A DNA stretch of 64,000 bases from Squalus acanthias (lineage: Eukaryota): positions 174,160,001-174,224,000 of the forward strand of contig CM059425.1 in assembly GCA_030390025.1 (NCBI GenBank), in the 5' to 3' direction. How positions within the stretch are numbered: the stretch's first letter is position 1; each line of letters opens with the position of its first letter. This document shows positions 14,503 through 27,524 of this stretch, in pieces. Under the pieces are notes generated by a model. The model made no database searches, was not told the DNA's origin, and worked only from the letters and a program-made list of their open reading frames with translations. Position numbers and translations under genes: made by a program.

Positions 14503-15086
14503 GGGTTTTTACCTCCGGGGGGAAAGCAGGGCTGAGGTGCCAGACTTCCCACTCAGGAGTTTCCATGGGAGGCCCAGTTGATTTTTAACTGCGAGCCTCA
14601 TTAACGTTCCGTTGGACAGCTGCCCATCCGAAACTGGTGTAGAGAGGCAGTAGCCCGGCTGCCATCCTGGGAAGATCGGGTGGCCCAGAGACCACCTGCC
14701 AGGTAAGTTGTTCGGGGTTCATCAAAGTTTCGCGGGTGGGAAGTGGGAGAAGCCCAGGACAGCAGAGGCTTAGACTTTCCTTGTGGGGCCCGAAGAAACA
14801 CTCCTAGCCCCATAAAGGTAAGTTAAGTTTTTGGGGTTTCTACTTCTTAACTTACTTTTTGGGGTTTCCACTTCTGCTCCGGCAGATTTTACTGGTTGGA
14901 GCATCCACAGTGAATGCTCCAGCCAGTAGGCCGTTAAAATTGCCTCAGGGTCCTATGTGAGTGATAGGACCCTGATCCTCATATATTAATGAGCCGTCTG
15001 ACTTGGGCAGACGCTTTAATGGGTGGCATCTGAGCGGCAAACAGTATCATTTGGTTTTAACTCCCATTCCAGAGTTAAAATCCCCC
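14503..15086. mobile_element. Probable Harbinger-type MITE
   Basis: Imperfect TIRs agggtttttacctccgg / ccagagttaaaatcccc and a GC-richer interior. Confidence 0.5.
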
Positions 15087-16714
15087 TTTGGGATTCCTGT
15101 CTGCAATACCCAACACTAAGAAGTTGCACATGTTTTTCATACTGCAATAGAGCACTGTTAGGTTTATGTAATGTGCACCAGGGAACTATCATGTTTAATT
15201 TCAGTAGCACGCTATTTACTGAGTGGCTTTTAGTGACACCCATAGCACCAAGCGCACATGCATCACAAACTGACAGAAATATGACTATATTTACTATAAT
15301 GGAGAACATTTCATGAGTTATGTGCCACCTACTCTTTGTCAACACGGTCATTTTGTACGCTGACAAAATCTTCCCCAATATTACTAAAAATCCACCTAAT
15401 GCATTTTTATATAGTAATATGGCACTAATTTATCTTTGCAGCATCTGCAGCAATTTGTTGGTTAACATAGAGCAAATAAAATAAAGAACTATCATCAATC
15501 AATTTTTAATAGTAAACTGGAAAAATGTGACCACATAATATTTATATTTTAGTGCAAAATGTTATAGACGTCATCCAAGGGTTAATAATGTGCACAATAC
15601 TCTGCTTTACTTCTTTTCTTTTATACGGGCTAATTTTGATCTCCCAGCAGGAGGTGGGTTGGGAGGTAAATGAGTGGCCACCTTATAGACTCAGTGGGAG
15701 ACCCATCCCATTTTCCCAGTCATCCCTCATTTGTATGAGTTAGGCAAGCTGCCAGTGTGTAATACATTTATTATTGGCAGCTTGCATTTGGGGCTGTAAA
15801 GTCAGGTGCCCCGGCAGGATCTTACAGGCCTACAGCAGCTTAAAGGAAAGGTGATTTTTATGGCCAAAGCAGTGAAGGAATATTGTTGAGCTACAGGAAG
15901 ATATCTGTGTGCAGGACCCACGTCTTTCTGATTCAGCCATGGACTTGCTGGTGGAGCAAGGTCATGAGAAAAGGGACATCCTCTTCTCCTCAGATGGTTG
16001 GTGGGTTCCAAGGAAAGTTGGTGAACTGGTTTGGCATGAGATAGCAGAGGGTGTGAGTGTGAACAGTATTTAGACCTGGACTTGGATGCAGTGCAGAAAA
16101 AAATTGAATGATCTTACCAGGAGTGCGAAAGTAAGTCATATCTTTCATTCCTTCTGTTTAGCTATAGTTGACACTACCTTGCCTCGACACCATCAATCAT
16201 TTCCATTTTTGCTTCCCATTGTTGTCCCTAAGTCATTAGGAATGACAGCTCACCGTACCTCCTTTCTGATATCATTCACAAAATAAGAAGCTGCTAAAAA
16301 ATCCTTCACAATTACCTTTCCTTCTTGGCCAAACTTGCTGCTTCTTCCTATCATCATGTGCACAGTATGATAATCTGTCTTATACATGACAAGGGTTGAA
16401 AGCCCTTTCCCAAGACATATATTCACCGACTTCCACTCTTCTCACAGGAGAAGCTTCCCCACAACAGTAAAGAGACATGCAACACAAGGGGCGGTCCTGC
16501 CATTCGACAGACACTCACCCCTATGGAAGAGGCCACCACTGACATTTTGGGGAGAAACATGTCAGTCAGAATCAGAGATGGGGAAGCTTGTCTCACAGCA
16601 AGGATTGTAGGCATCGACTCTACCTCTTGCTGCTTAACTCCTGAACATGACAACCTGCTGTGGCTAGCGCTGACAGTGATCTGACATGTGCTTGCCATCA
16701 AGACTACATCCTTT

Positions 16715-16900
16715 GGGCTAGAAATTCGTCTTGGGCGGTAGCGCAAAACAGGAGATATTGGGTCGGCCGCCCATTATATGCAACACCTGACATTCAGTTC
16801 CATTAACTGCAATGGAACTGAATTATCAGGCGCTGTGTATAATGGGCGGCCGATCCGATACAGCCCATTTTGTGCCACGCCCAAGGTGAATCTCTAGGCC
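16715..16900. mobile_element. 186-bp fold-back (palindromic) MITE
   Basis: TIR gggctagaaattc / gaatctctaggcc and TTT TSD. Internal arms ggccgcccattata/tataatgggcggcc and cagttccatt/aatggaactg. Confidence 0.85.
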
Positions 16901-17344
16901 TTTAACACTGTGTGGGGGTCCTTATATATAATGTTGAAACTCTGCAGTCAACCATGTTGATTTGAGGCCTTTTACAGCTGAACCCTCCTCCCCCTCCACC
17001 TGAATCTATGACACCAGTAATGGCATCTTGTCAGGGATGATCATACTGGAGCCATGCAGGCCCTGGGCTTAACCATCTCTTTCACCTTGACAGACTGGGA
17101 GATCCAATGGATAGGAGTACTCAGCTCAATAATCTCCTTGCGTCTGCTCTCCCTCAGATCAGAGGCAGTGCTTAGCTGCAGACAAGAAACTAGTTGTGCA
17201 ATGGGAATTGTGGATGGTGCTCTCTTTCACAATAATAATACCCTTAACCAATGGTGCCTGAAAACAAGCTGGCCAGTTTGCCCTGGCAGACAACAAATTG
17301 TTGCAGCCTGAACTGAGTCCTCGCAAGCCCAAGCTCTGATTTAT

Positions 17345-17965
17345 AGAATCATAAAATGATACAGCACAGGAGGGCATTTGGCCCATCGTACCTGTCCCGG
17401 CACTTTGAAAGAGCTACCCAATTAGTCCCACTTCCCTGCCCTTTCCCCATAGCCCTGAAAATGTTTCCACTTCAAGTATTTATCCAATTCCCTTTTGAAA
17501 GTTATTATTGCATCTGCCTCCACCACCTTTTCAGGCAGGGCATTCCACATCATAAGAACTCGCTGCTTAAAAAAAATTCTCATCTCCCCATTGTTTTTTT
17601 TGCCAATTACCTTAAATCTGTGTCCTCTGGTTACTGGCACTTCTGCCACTGGAAACAGTTTCTCCTTATTTACTCTATCAAAACCCTTCATGATTTTGAA
17701 CACCCCTATTAAATCTCCCCTTAACTTTCTGTGCTCTACAGAGAACAACCCCAGCTTCTCCAGTCTCTCCACATAACTGAAGTTGCGTATCCCTGGTACC
17801 ATTTGAGTAAATCTCATCAGCACCCTCTCTAAAGCCTTGACCTCCTTCCTAAAGTGTGGTGCCCAGAATTGCACACAACTTGTTCTGCCACATTCAAGGA
17901 TTTGTGTGCGTACCCCCCAGGTCTCTCTGTTCCTGCACCCCCTTTAAAATTGTACCATTTAGTTA
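17345..17965 (-). mobile_element. CR1 LINE 3' fragment
   Basis: ORF 17422-17874 QFWAPHFRK...RGHRFKVIGK and a CR1 3' end. Confidence 0.9.
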
Positions 17966-19378
17966 CTCTAATTATATCTGAGTTTGCTGCTGATTTCTAA
18001 AAGCTGTCATAGCCAGATGTGCAGAGGATAACTTTGGTCTCCAAACAGCAAGGCTTCAACTTGTATGCAAGGTTGAACAGTGGGGGAATGGGTGACTGAT
18101 GCAATATAAGTGCATCATGGCAGCTGCTAGGAAAGCAGGCACACAAAAACATTTATCAAGGGGTACCGTTTGTGATTTAAGAAGGTTGCAGCACTGTGGT
18201 CAGGAGCACACAGGGCGATGTGCATGCAGTCAGTGATGCTCTGGACTTGGAGGAATCCTGCAGTCTCAGCGAATCCTAGTGCCCTATCCCACTGCATCTG
18301 GATGTCCATGGAGAAAGTGATGAATCTGTTTACCCCAGCAAACAAGGCATCAGTCACCTGTTTCATACAAGCAGGGACTGCCGATTGGCTGCCACTGATG
18401 GTAACCCTTGCGGCAGCTTGAATGGGGATAGAGGAAAAAAAAATCAGGGCTGAAGTTACCTTAAATGCAACAGCAGTACTGTGCTTGCTCTGGCACTTGG
18501 CTGCAGGTCTTTTTACAGAATGCGACCCAACTTTCATTGGCTCTCTGGAGTAGCAAAGCCTACTCTTATATTGTTTCTCAGAGAACTGCAGGTATGTTCT
18601 CCTGGGCTTGTACACAGTTGGGAATGTAAAGGTTTCTGTGAGTTTGCCTCTTTCTAGTTGCTCACCTTCCAGCTGCAGCTATTTCCTCCTCCGCTTCCTC
18701 CCAGTGCGATTCCAAGAAGTATCCGCTTGAAAATAAAGGCTCAGCTAAGCAAGTTTCTAAAGAACATAAGAACATAAGAATATATGAATTAGGAGCAGGA
18801 GTAGGCCATACGGCCAATCAAGCCTGCTCCACCATTCAATAAGATCATGGCTGATCTTCGTTCTCAACTCCACTTTCCCGCCCGATCTCCATATCCCTTG
18901 ATTCCCCTAGAGTCCAAAAATCTATCTATCTCAGCCTTGAATATACTCAACAACTGACCACCCACAGCCCTTGGGGATAGAGAATTCCAAGAATTCACAA
19001 CCCTCTGAGTGAAGAAATTCCTCCTCATCTCAGTTTTAAATGGCCGACCCCTTATCCTGAGACTATACCTCCTAGTTCTAGACTCTCCAGCCAGGGGAAA
19101 CAACCTCTCAGCATCTACCCTGAAAATCCCCCTCAGAATCTTGTATGTTTCAATGAGATCACCTCTCATTCTTCTAAACTCCAGAGAGTATAGGCCCAAT
19201 CTACTCAATCTCTCCTCATAAGACAACCCTCTCATCCCAGGAATCAATCTAGTGAACCTTCATTGCACCGCATCTAAGGCAAGTATATCCTTCCTCAGAT
19301 AAGGAGACCAAAAATGTGCACAGTACTCCAGGTATGGTCTCACCAAAGCCCTGTACAATTGTAGCATGCTAACTCTCT

Positions 19379-21139
19379 GGCTGCGATTTTACTAACCTCG
19401 GCGGGTCCATGGCGGGCGACGTCGGTGGCGGGTCCCGACCCTGCTGCTGTCTCCATCCCAGCCTCTAAAATGAATTTCCCCTGATTCCCCAGCGCATTTC
19501 CCGGCCAATTAGAGGAAGCGGGTCTGGTGACATAATTTGATGACATGTCATCAGCTGGTTTCCTTAAAGGGACCATGCCCTTTGTTTGACATTTGTGCTG
19601 TCAGTGTTCTCCAGCATTGAGGTGCTGCAAACACTGACAAGCACTGCACAGAGGTGCAGGGCTGCACCCAGGCTCTCCCATGACTCCCTCCGTATGCTTA
19701 TGGAGGGAGTCACAGCACGCAGGGAGGTCCTCTTCCCTTCCCATGGGCGGAAGAGACCTCCCCAGGAGATCAACACAACCTGGTTGCACAGTGCACAGGA
19801 GGACACAAGCAGGGATGTAGTCAGGAGGAACTGAGTGCAGTGCCACAAACGTTTCAATGATCTCAGCAGATCACGAAATGTTAGTACAAAGCCACACTCA
19901 ACCTCATCCTGCTGTGCCACTCATGACATCCCCATCACTCTGCCTTCTCTACCCTACTCCTGCACATCCTTACTCACACCAACTTACCTTGCACCTCCAC
20001 CCATCCCTCTCTATCTATATTATCACATCCCCATCTCACTAGCCACCCCTCACACTCACCCTCATCCTAGTGCAATCATACCAACTAACAACACACAAAG
20101 GTAGGCACTTGGGTGTTTTATGCAATGTTCATGTAAAGTTTCTGTTAATGTGGTATCAAACATTGAAACCTTTATTTTCAACACTTTGTGTTCTTGGACA
20201 GATTTGTGTGCACCTTTGGAAGTGACTTAGTGAGTTGCAGTGAATGGTGAGACATAACAGTACCCCCGCAATGGTGCTGAGTGTGAAAGGAATGGCTTGG
20301 GCATTGTAGGGATGTTGGTGTGGGGTGGGGTGGTGCCAACCTGGCGCATCATGTGGCAGCCAGGGTGTACAGCGTCAAGTGAAGTAAATCTGGCCATGGT
20401 GAGGCCACCCTTGGCCTCCCGGGCAGCAATGTGGTCGGGTGCTGATGCCCTCTGTCCTGTGCAGCGTCAGGTGATTGCGGAGAAGGTTGGTGGTGTTGTT
20501 GTTGTTGGTGCTGCTGGTGTGCCTGGTGCTGCTGGTGTTAGAGCTGATCATGGTGGGATTCTGAGGACCAAGGTGAGAGAGTTTAAAGGGCACCCATGTT
20601 GATGGAATAGATGACAGGTGAAGTAGAGATGACAGAAGCGATCTGTCAATGGTGAGAGAGGTAATGAGGTCAGACTGGATGGAGACTTGTGTATAGACTT
20701 GCAGCATGGTGAATCTGTTGTGAAAATGCAGTGAGGAAGAGCTTGTGGCTGAGGGTAGATATCTCTCTAAGGTGGGAGCTTTTACTGTACATTTAAAGCT
20801 GTCAACTCAACAGCTGATTCAATGGCCACTGAACTTCCGCCTCAGCTTGACAGACATGGTCCACGACCAGCGTGTACCCCATGGGCGAGCTGCCAAATGC
20901 AGAAGGTGAGCTGAAATTCATTCTTAAGTGACTCTAAACAAGCCACTAATTACCTAAATTGGGTCCCTCGCTGTGAACCTGCCGCTGCGTGTCAGGTCTG
21001 CTCATCGCTGACAGACCCGACATCGGGGAAAGGCACGTGGTGGCGGGTTGACAGCGGGGTCCCAACCCACTGGGGGAAAAAAAATTCCCACTCGACCCAC
21101 CACTGATCGCGCCTGCTGACTCCCCGCAAAATCTAGTGC
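19379..21139 (+). mobile_element. Non-autonomous Harbinger derivative, family B, nested in CR1
   Basis: TCT TSD. TIR-like ggctgcgatttt / aaaatctagtgc. Myb remnant AAPRLSHDSLRMLMEGVTARREVLFP...QCHKRFNDL. Confidence 0.88.
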
Positions 21140-22074
21140 TCTGTGTTTCCTGTACAAGGACACCTAAATCTCTCTGAACACCAACATTTAATAGTTTCTC
21201 ACCATTTAAAAAATATTCAGTTTTTCTATTCTTCCTACCAAAGTGAATAACCTCACATTTCCCCACATTATACTCCATCTGCCACCTTATTGCCCACTCA
21301 TTTAACCTGTCTATATCCCTTTGCAGGCTCTTTGTATCCTCCTCTTACTTTCCCACCTAGCTTTGTATCATCAGCAAACTTGGATACATTACACTTGGTC
21401 CCTTCATCTAACTCATTAATATAGATTGTAAATACCTGAGGCCCAAGCACTGATCCTTGCGGCACTCCACTAGTTACAACCTGCCAACTGGAAAATGACC
21501 TGTTTATCCCTACTTTGTGTTTTCTGTGCGTTAAACAATCCTCTATCTATTCTAATATATTACCCCAACCTCATGTGTAGCAACCTTTGATGTAGCACCT
21601 TATCAAATGCCTTTTGGAAATCCTAATATATTACATCCACTGGTTCCCCTTTATCTACCCTGCTAGTTACATCCTCAATAAATTTGGTAAACACGATTTC
21701 CCTTTCATAAAACCATGTTGACTCTGTCTGATTATATTATAATTTTCTAAGTGGCTTGATACCACTTCCTTAATAATGGATTCCAGCATTTTCCCGACGA
21801 CTGATTTCAGGCTAATTGGCCAGTAGTTCCCTGTTTTCTCTCCCTCCTTTATTGAATACCAGGGTTACATTTGCTACCGTCCAATCCGCTGAGACCATTT
21901 TAGAATCTGGGGAATTTTGGAAGATCAAAACCAATGCATCCATTATCTCTGCAGCCATCTCTGTTGGAACCCTAGGATGTCGGCCATCAGGTCCAGGGGA
22001 TTTGTTAGCTTTTAGTCCCATTAGTTTCTCAAGTACTTTTTCTCTACTGATCTTAATTACTTGAAGTTCCTCAC

Positions 22075-22430
22075 TGGAGATGCGAGTTCAAATTCCACCA
22101 CAGCCGCTGAGGAATTTAAATTCAGTTAATTAAATAAATCTGGAATGAAAAGCTAGTGTCAGTAATGGTGACCATGAAACTACCAGATTGTCATAAAAAC
22201 ACAACTGGTTCACTAACGTCCTTTTTTTAAATGTGTTTATGGGATGTGGGCGTCGCTGGCAAGGCCAGCATTTATTGCCCATCCCTAGTTGCCTTTAGGG
22301 AAGGAAATCTGCTGTCCTTACCCGGTCTGGCCTATATGTGACTTCAGACCCACAGCAATATGGTTGACTCCTAATTGCCCTCTGAAATGGCCTAGCAAGC
22401 CACTCAGTTGTACCAAACCGCTACAAAGAA
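22075..22430 (+). mobile_element. tRNA-derived SINE fragment(s) nested in CR1
   Basis: B-box-like gagttcaaattcc. Reverse-complement similarity to 27530-27866. Confidence 0.6.
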
Positions 22431-23576
22431 GTATAAGAGCACTATGTGAAGACAGATACAAAATATTTGTTTAAAGTCTTTGCTATTTCCTTACTCCCCA
22501 TTATAATTTCTCCTGTCTCAGCCTCCAAGGGACCAACGCTTACTTTTGCTACTCTCTTCCTTTTTACATACTTGTAGAAGCTCTTACAATCTGTTTTTAT
22601 ATTTCTTACTAGTTTACTCTCATTCTATTTTCTCCCTTTTTATTAATTTTTTGGTCGTCCTTTGCTGCCCCAAAAAGCTCTCCCAATCCCCAGGCTTACT
22701 ACTATTCTTTGCAACATTATAAGACTCTTCTTTTAATCTAATACTATCCTCACCTTCTTTAGTTAGCCACAGATGGATCACTTTTCCCATGGAGTTTTTA
22801 CTTCTCAATGGAATGTATATTCGTTGAGAATTGTGGAATATCTCTTTAAATATTTGCCACTGCTTATCTACCATCATACCTTTTAATCTAATTTCCCAAT
22901 CTACCTCAGCCAACTCGCCCCTCGTACCTATTTAATTGGCTTTACTTAAGTTTAAGACTCTAACTTCATACTTAAGTATTTCAGTCTCAAGCTCAATATG
23001 AAATTCTATCATATTATGATCACTCTTCCCCAGAAGATCCTTTACTATGAGATTACTAATTAACCCTGTCTCATCACACAGTAAAAGATATAAAATAGCA
23101 ACTTGAATGCCAAAAGCCCCTTCTCAATGCAGAGCCTATAATATCAGGTAATATACTTACAGAAACTGTAAGGAAAAGTTATTCCCAAGCTATATAAAGC
23201 ATGTATCTGAGAGCAGCTCTTGATCCCTTTAAACACCATTTGAAACACTTGCCTGAGATTTTCTACCACCTGTGATTAATAGGTGGGACCAAGAAGTGGC
23301 ATTATTGAAGCAGACAGATCAGGAAAATGCATCTGAGCCTTGAAGCTATCACACAACTCCAATTTGCATCCATCCACGAGGCTTCTGCTTGTTTCAGGCA
23401 GGAACTGTGTGCCAGAGACCCCCAACCCCTCAGAAAATGGGGCAGGACCAGAAACCAGTGTTAAGTGAGCAGGACCAAATCCTGCTGGATTTCCCAATGG
23501 CTAATGCTCCAATTTTGGGTGCAAACAACACAGTGAAGAGAACAAAATAAGTCCCATAGATTTTTCCAGCATCTCT

Positions 23577-24852
23577 CATAGATACATAGATACATAGAAG
23601 ATAGGAGCAGGAGTAGGCCATCCAGCCCTTCGAGCCTGCTCCGCCATTTAATGAGATCATGGCTGATCCTCCAATTCAGTATCCCGTCCCCGCCTTCTCT
23701 CCGTAACCCTTAACCCCTTTTGCCTGTAGAAATATATCTAATTCCCTCTTAAATATATTTAATGAGCTGGCGTACACTGCCCTCTGTGGCAATGAGTTCC
23801 ACAGGTTCACCACCCTCTGAGTGAAGAAATTCCCCCTCATTTCTGTCCTAAATGGTTTAGCCCTTATCCTTAAATTATGTCCTCTAGTTCTGTTCTCACC
23901 CGCCAAGGGAAACATTCCTTCTGCATCTAGTCTGTCTAGACCTGTCAGAATTTTATACACTTCTATGAGGTCCCCTCTCAATCTTCTAAACTCCAGTGTG
24001 TACATCCCTAAACTACATAGTCTCTCCTCATAGGTCAATCCCGCCATTCCTGGTATCAGCCTGGTGAATCGCCGCTGCACCCCCTCCATGGCAAGAACAT
24101 CTTTCCTCAGATGAGGCGACCAAAACTGTACACAGTACTCGAGGTGTGGTCTCACCAGTGCCCTGTACAGCTGCAGCAAGGTATCCCTGTTCCTGTATTC
24201 CAACCCTTTTGCTATGAAGGCCAGCATACCGTTTGCCTTCTTGACCGCCTGTTGCACCTGCATGCTCGCCTTCAGTGACTGGTGTACAAGAACACCCAGG
24301 TCTCTCTGTACTTCCCCCTCTCCCAATTTATTGCCATTTAAATAATAATTTGCCCTCCCGTTCCTGCACCCAAGGTGGATAACTTCACACTTGTCCACAT
24401 TATAGTGCATCTGCCATTTATCCGCCCAATCACCCAGTCTGTCCAAATCGCTCTGGAGCTTCCTGGTCTCCTCCTCTGAGCCCACCCCCCCTCCTAGTTT
24501 AGTGTCGTCTGCAAATTTGGAAATGCTGCATCCGACTCCCTGATCCAGGTCATTAATGTAAATTGTGAACAGCTGGGGACCCAGGACAGATCCCTGTGGT
24601 ACCCCACTTGTTACTGCCTGCCATTCAGAAAATGAGCCGTTTATTCCAACTCTCTGTTTTCTATCTGACAGCCAGTTCTCTATCCACGTCAATACTTTCC
24701 CCTTTATCCCATGAGCTTCAATTTTCCATGCTAATCTTTTATGTGGGACCTTATCGAAGGCCTTTTGGAAGTCCAGGTACATCACATCTACTGGCTCTCC
24801 CCCATCTATTTTACCAGTTACTCCCTCAAAAAATTCCAATAGATTAGTCAAG
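23577..24852 (-). mobile_element. Young 5'-truncated CR1 LINE with an uninterrupted RT C-terminal ORF
   Basis: 391-aa open frame 23676-24851 ([30 protein letters not shown]). (TATCTATG)n tail. Confidence 0.95.
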
Positions 24853-25032
24853 CTGGTTCTCTGAAAGAGCTATCCATTTAGTCCCATTCTCCTGCTCTTT
24901 CCATGTATCCTTACACATTTTTCTTTCTCATAAATTTATCCGCTTTGGTTTTAAAAGTTATTACGGATTCTGCTTCCACCATTGTTTCTGTAGGACATTC
25001 CTTGTCCTAATAACCCTTTGCAAAAACATGTT

Positions 25033-25813
25033 GGCCTGGATTTTGTGTTGAGAATAATGGTGAAGCTAACAGTGCTCACCGTTATTATGGAGTAAATTGG
25101 ACAGCAAACTTCCAGAGTATGCATATGCGCAGTTAAACGTGGAAATCTGGAAGTTGCGGTCCAATTTACTCTGCTCCTCCACAAGCTCCACTATAACAGT
25201 ACCTCGCCAGTAAACTCGGCATTGAAATACATGCAACGGCGTGAAGGTGGGGTACTTACCCACTAGTTACCCACTAAACACAGCAGAAAAAGTTAGGTCT
25301 GTTACATTCAGGAGTAAATGAATTTTTTTTAATGGCGTGATAAGTCATAATTACTGCCAAATAACCTATCTGGCCCTGAAAATTTAATTTTACAAGTGTT
25401 GTGTCTCATTTCTTCAGAATTGAATTAGTGTTGGAGATTTTAAAAAATATATTTTTTTTTTTACTTTTTCTGTCTGTCTCTTTTATCTCTCTCTCTTAAT
25501 CCCACTTTTCTTTCCCAATCTTTATTTTGCTTTCTGTACATGATTTAAATCTTATTTATACTTCCTGGTTTATACTCCCTGGTTTAAACTCTGTGTGGCT
25601 CAGTGAGGATTCTTTAATCTGATTGGTTGAAGAGCCTCACTGTTGCTTGACCTGCCCACAGACACCACAGATCCTCTGTTGAAGCTGTACGCTGGATCAG
25701 ATGCCCGATGACAGCAAGCCTCCGCTCAAAAGCCTACAAAAACTCTATAGGCAGCTGTCAGCATAGTGAATGGTGAGCATCGGTACTTCACTGCTGACCA
25801 CAAAATCTGGGGC
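25033..25813. mobile_element. Harbinger-type MITE, family C
   Basis: TIR-like ggcctggattttgtg / cacaaaatctggggc. Collinear similarity to 28830-29550. Confidence 0.7.
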
Positions 25814-26301
25814 AATGCTCCTAACCTTTCCCTTCATTCTTTTGGTGCTCTAAGTTTATGTTCTCCAGTTACTGATTCACTGACCAGTGGAAATAATCTT
25901 TTCCTATTTACCTTATTAAACCCTCATAAAGCTGAACACGTCTATCAAATTTCCTCTTGACCTTCTCTATTCTAGTGAAAAGAGTTCCAGTTTTCTAGTG
26001 TCTACTCATAATGAAAGTCTCATACCCGATATCATCTTAGTCCCAAAACTGAAAGGGCATTATACTAACTCACTGCATCACAGTTACTCACAACAATTTG
26101 TTCTATACTTGTATGACACTGCAATAAAAAGATGAAAATGCTAGCATCACAAAGATTTCAAAGATATGTCATTTACTACGTTGACTATGTCCCAAAATTA
26201 TATAGAAAATGTTTAGAAGTTTACACTTTAAATGATGGAAATTACTTTATCTATATATCTGACAATTTAGATGTTCTGCTCCTCTGCTTTTTTAATAATT
26301 A

Positions 26302-27196
26302 GGGGGAAAAATTCAGTTGGTTGCGCCTCCCGTCAGCGCCTTAAGAGGGCACTAATGGGGCGCAAAGCAACTAGCGCCCGGGCGCGGCGATGTTTGCGCC
26401 GCTCCCGAAATTAACTAGACATTTTGCGGCGGCACTAAACACTACCGCCACGATCTCCTGCGACGGCAGATCGTGACGTCAGTCGAGTGGGCAACGCCCC
26501 GGTAGCGCCCCGGAGCGGAAATTGAGTGGCGCCCCTGCCTTACCGCCTGCCGCTAGCAACGACAGATTGAGGGGAGCGTTTTGCAGTCAGGAAGGGAGTG
26601 GGGGAACGCTATTTAAAGGTGACCGCTTCCTGCCTTTTTTTGTTGGTGACATTTTTGAACCATGCATTCTGAGAGAGAGAGAGAGAGAGACTTCTGGAGA
26701 GATTCAACGTTGTGTGAAGGAGTTTTGGGTACTGAGCAGCACTTTGCAGGTTCATTTTGATTTGCCCTTCCTTGTAACAATTTAGAAGAGACTAAGGGGG
26801 GTTGCACTCTGAGCTCTTTCCCTAGTTCTCTCCATTGTTCTTTTCAGCAGATTTGATGAACAGGTCTCTCCAGGCCGAGATTCAAGGCTGCAATGAGCAG
26901 GATGTGGATTGAAAGCAAGATCAACCCTTCCCTTTAAGAACTGGCTGGCACCATTGTGTCTGTGTTCCATTGCTGACTGACATCATATGAGCTTCGCCAG
27001 CGCTCTGAGGTAGCACCTCGCTCCTCGGCCTTTGCGCCTTAAGACAGATGTGTAGCGCCTGATTTAGCGCTCCAATCACCTCCCGGGGCGATAAAAGTCA
27101 AGTTTGCAGTAAGAGGCGATAATTAGCGCCAGGCGCTAATCTTTGCGCCCGGCCGATAATTGCGCCCCAAACGGGGCGATACTGAATTTTTCCCCC
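26302..27196. mobile_element. Harbinger MITE, family D (deletion derivative related to 39202-43402)
   Basis: Perfect 16-bp TIR gggggaaaaattcagt. Flanks TTA/GTA. The two halves match the two ends of the autonomous element. Confidence 0.92.
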
Positions 27197-27524
27197 GTAG
27201 AGCTTACTCGAGTGTAGAACATTACATTGTTCCATTAAGTGCTTCACTTTTAGGACCAGAATAAAGTTGTAATCACTTTTTAGAAATATTGTGTGGGTGC
27301 AATCTGGTTAGATTAATTGGTATTCCACTTACGTGACACACCGAGGTGAGTCATCTAGTTCTGGACAGTCTGGAAAGCATGTGTCTGAGCAATTGGGTAT
27401 GACTGAATTTCATGAGCTTGCAATGCTGGTCATCAAAGTTCCATAGCACTATTCAATCATTTCTGGTAAGAACAAAAAATAAACGTGAAAAATCATGCTG
27501 TAATTTTCAATGTTTTTTTTATTA

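Larger units (their letters stand above)
15578..18720. mobile_element. Decayed autonomous Harbinger (Myb remnant +, transposase remnant -) with nested MITE and CR1
   Basis: QCRKKLNDLTRSAK|gtaagt at about 16089-16136. cacag|EKLPHN exon 2 at about 16448. Minus ORF 18127-18615 with ALGFAETAGFLQVQSITDCMHIAL resembles Harbinger transposase. Boundaries approximate. Confidence 0.7.
18760..23098 (-). mobile_element. CR1 LINE ORF2 (EN end and RT), interrupted by a Harbinger derivative and SINE/LINE-tail fragments
   Basis: Minus ORFs 22620-22913, 21812-22021, 20946-21278 and 18864-19247 carry collinear CR1 motifs. (TTCTTATG)n-like tail at about 18762-18780. Confidence 0.9.
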
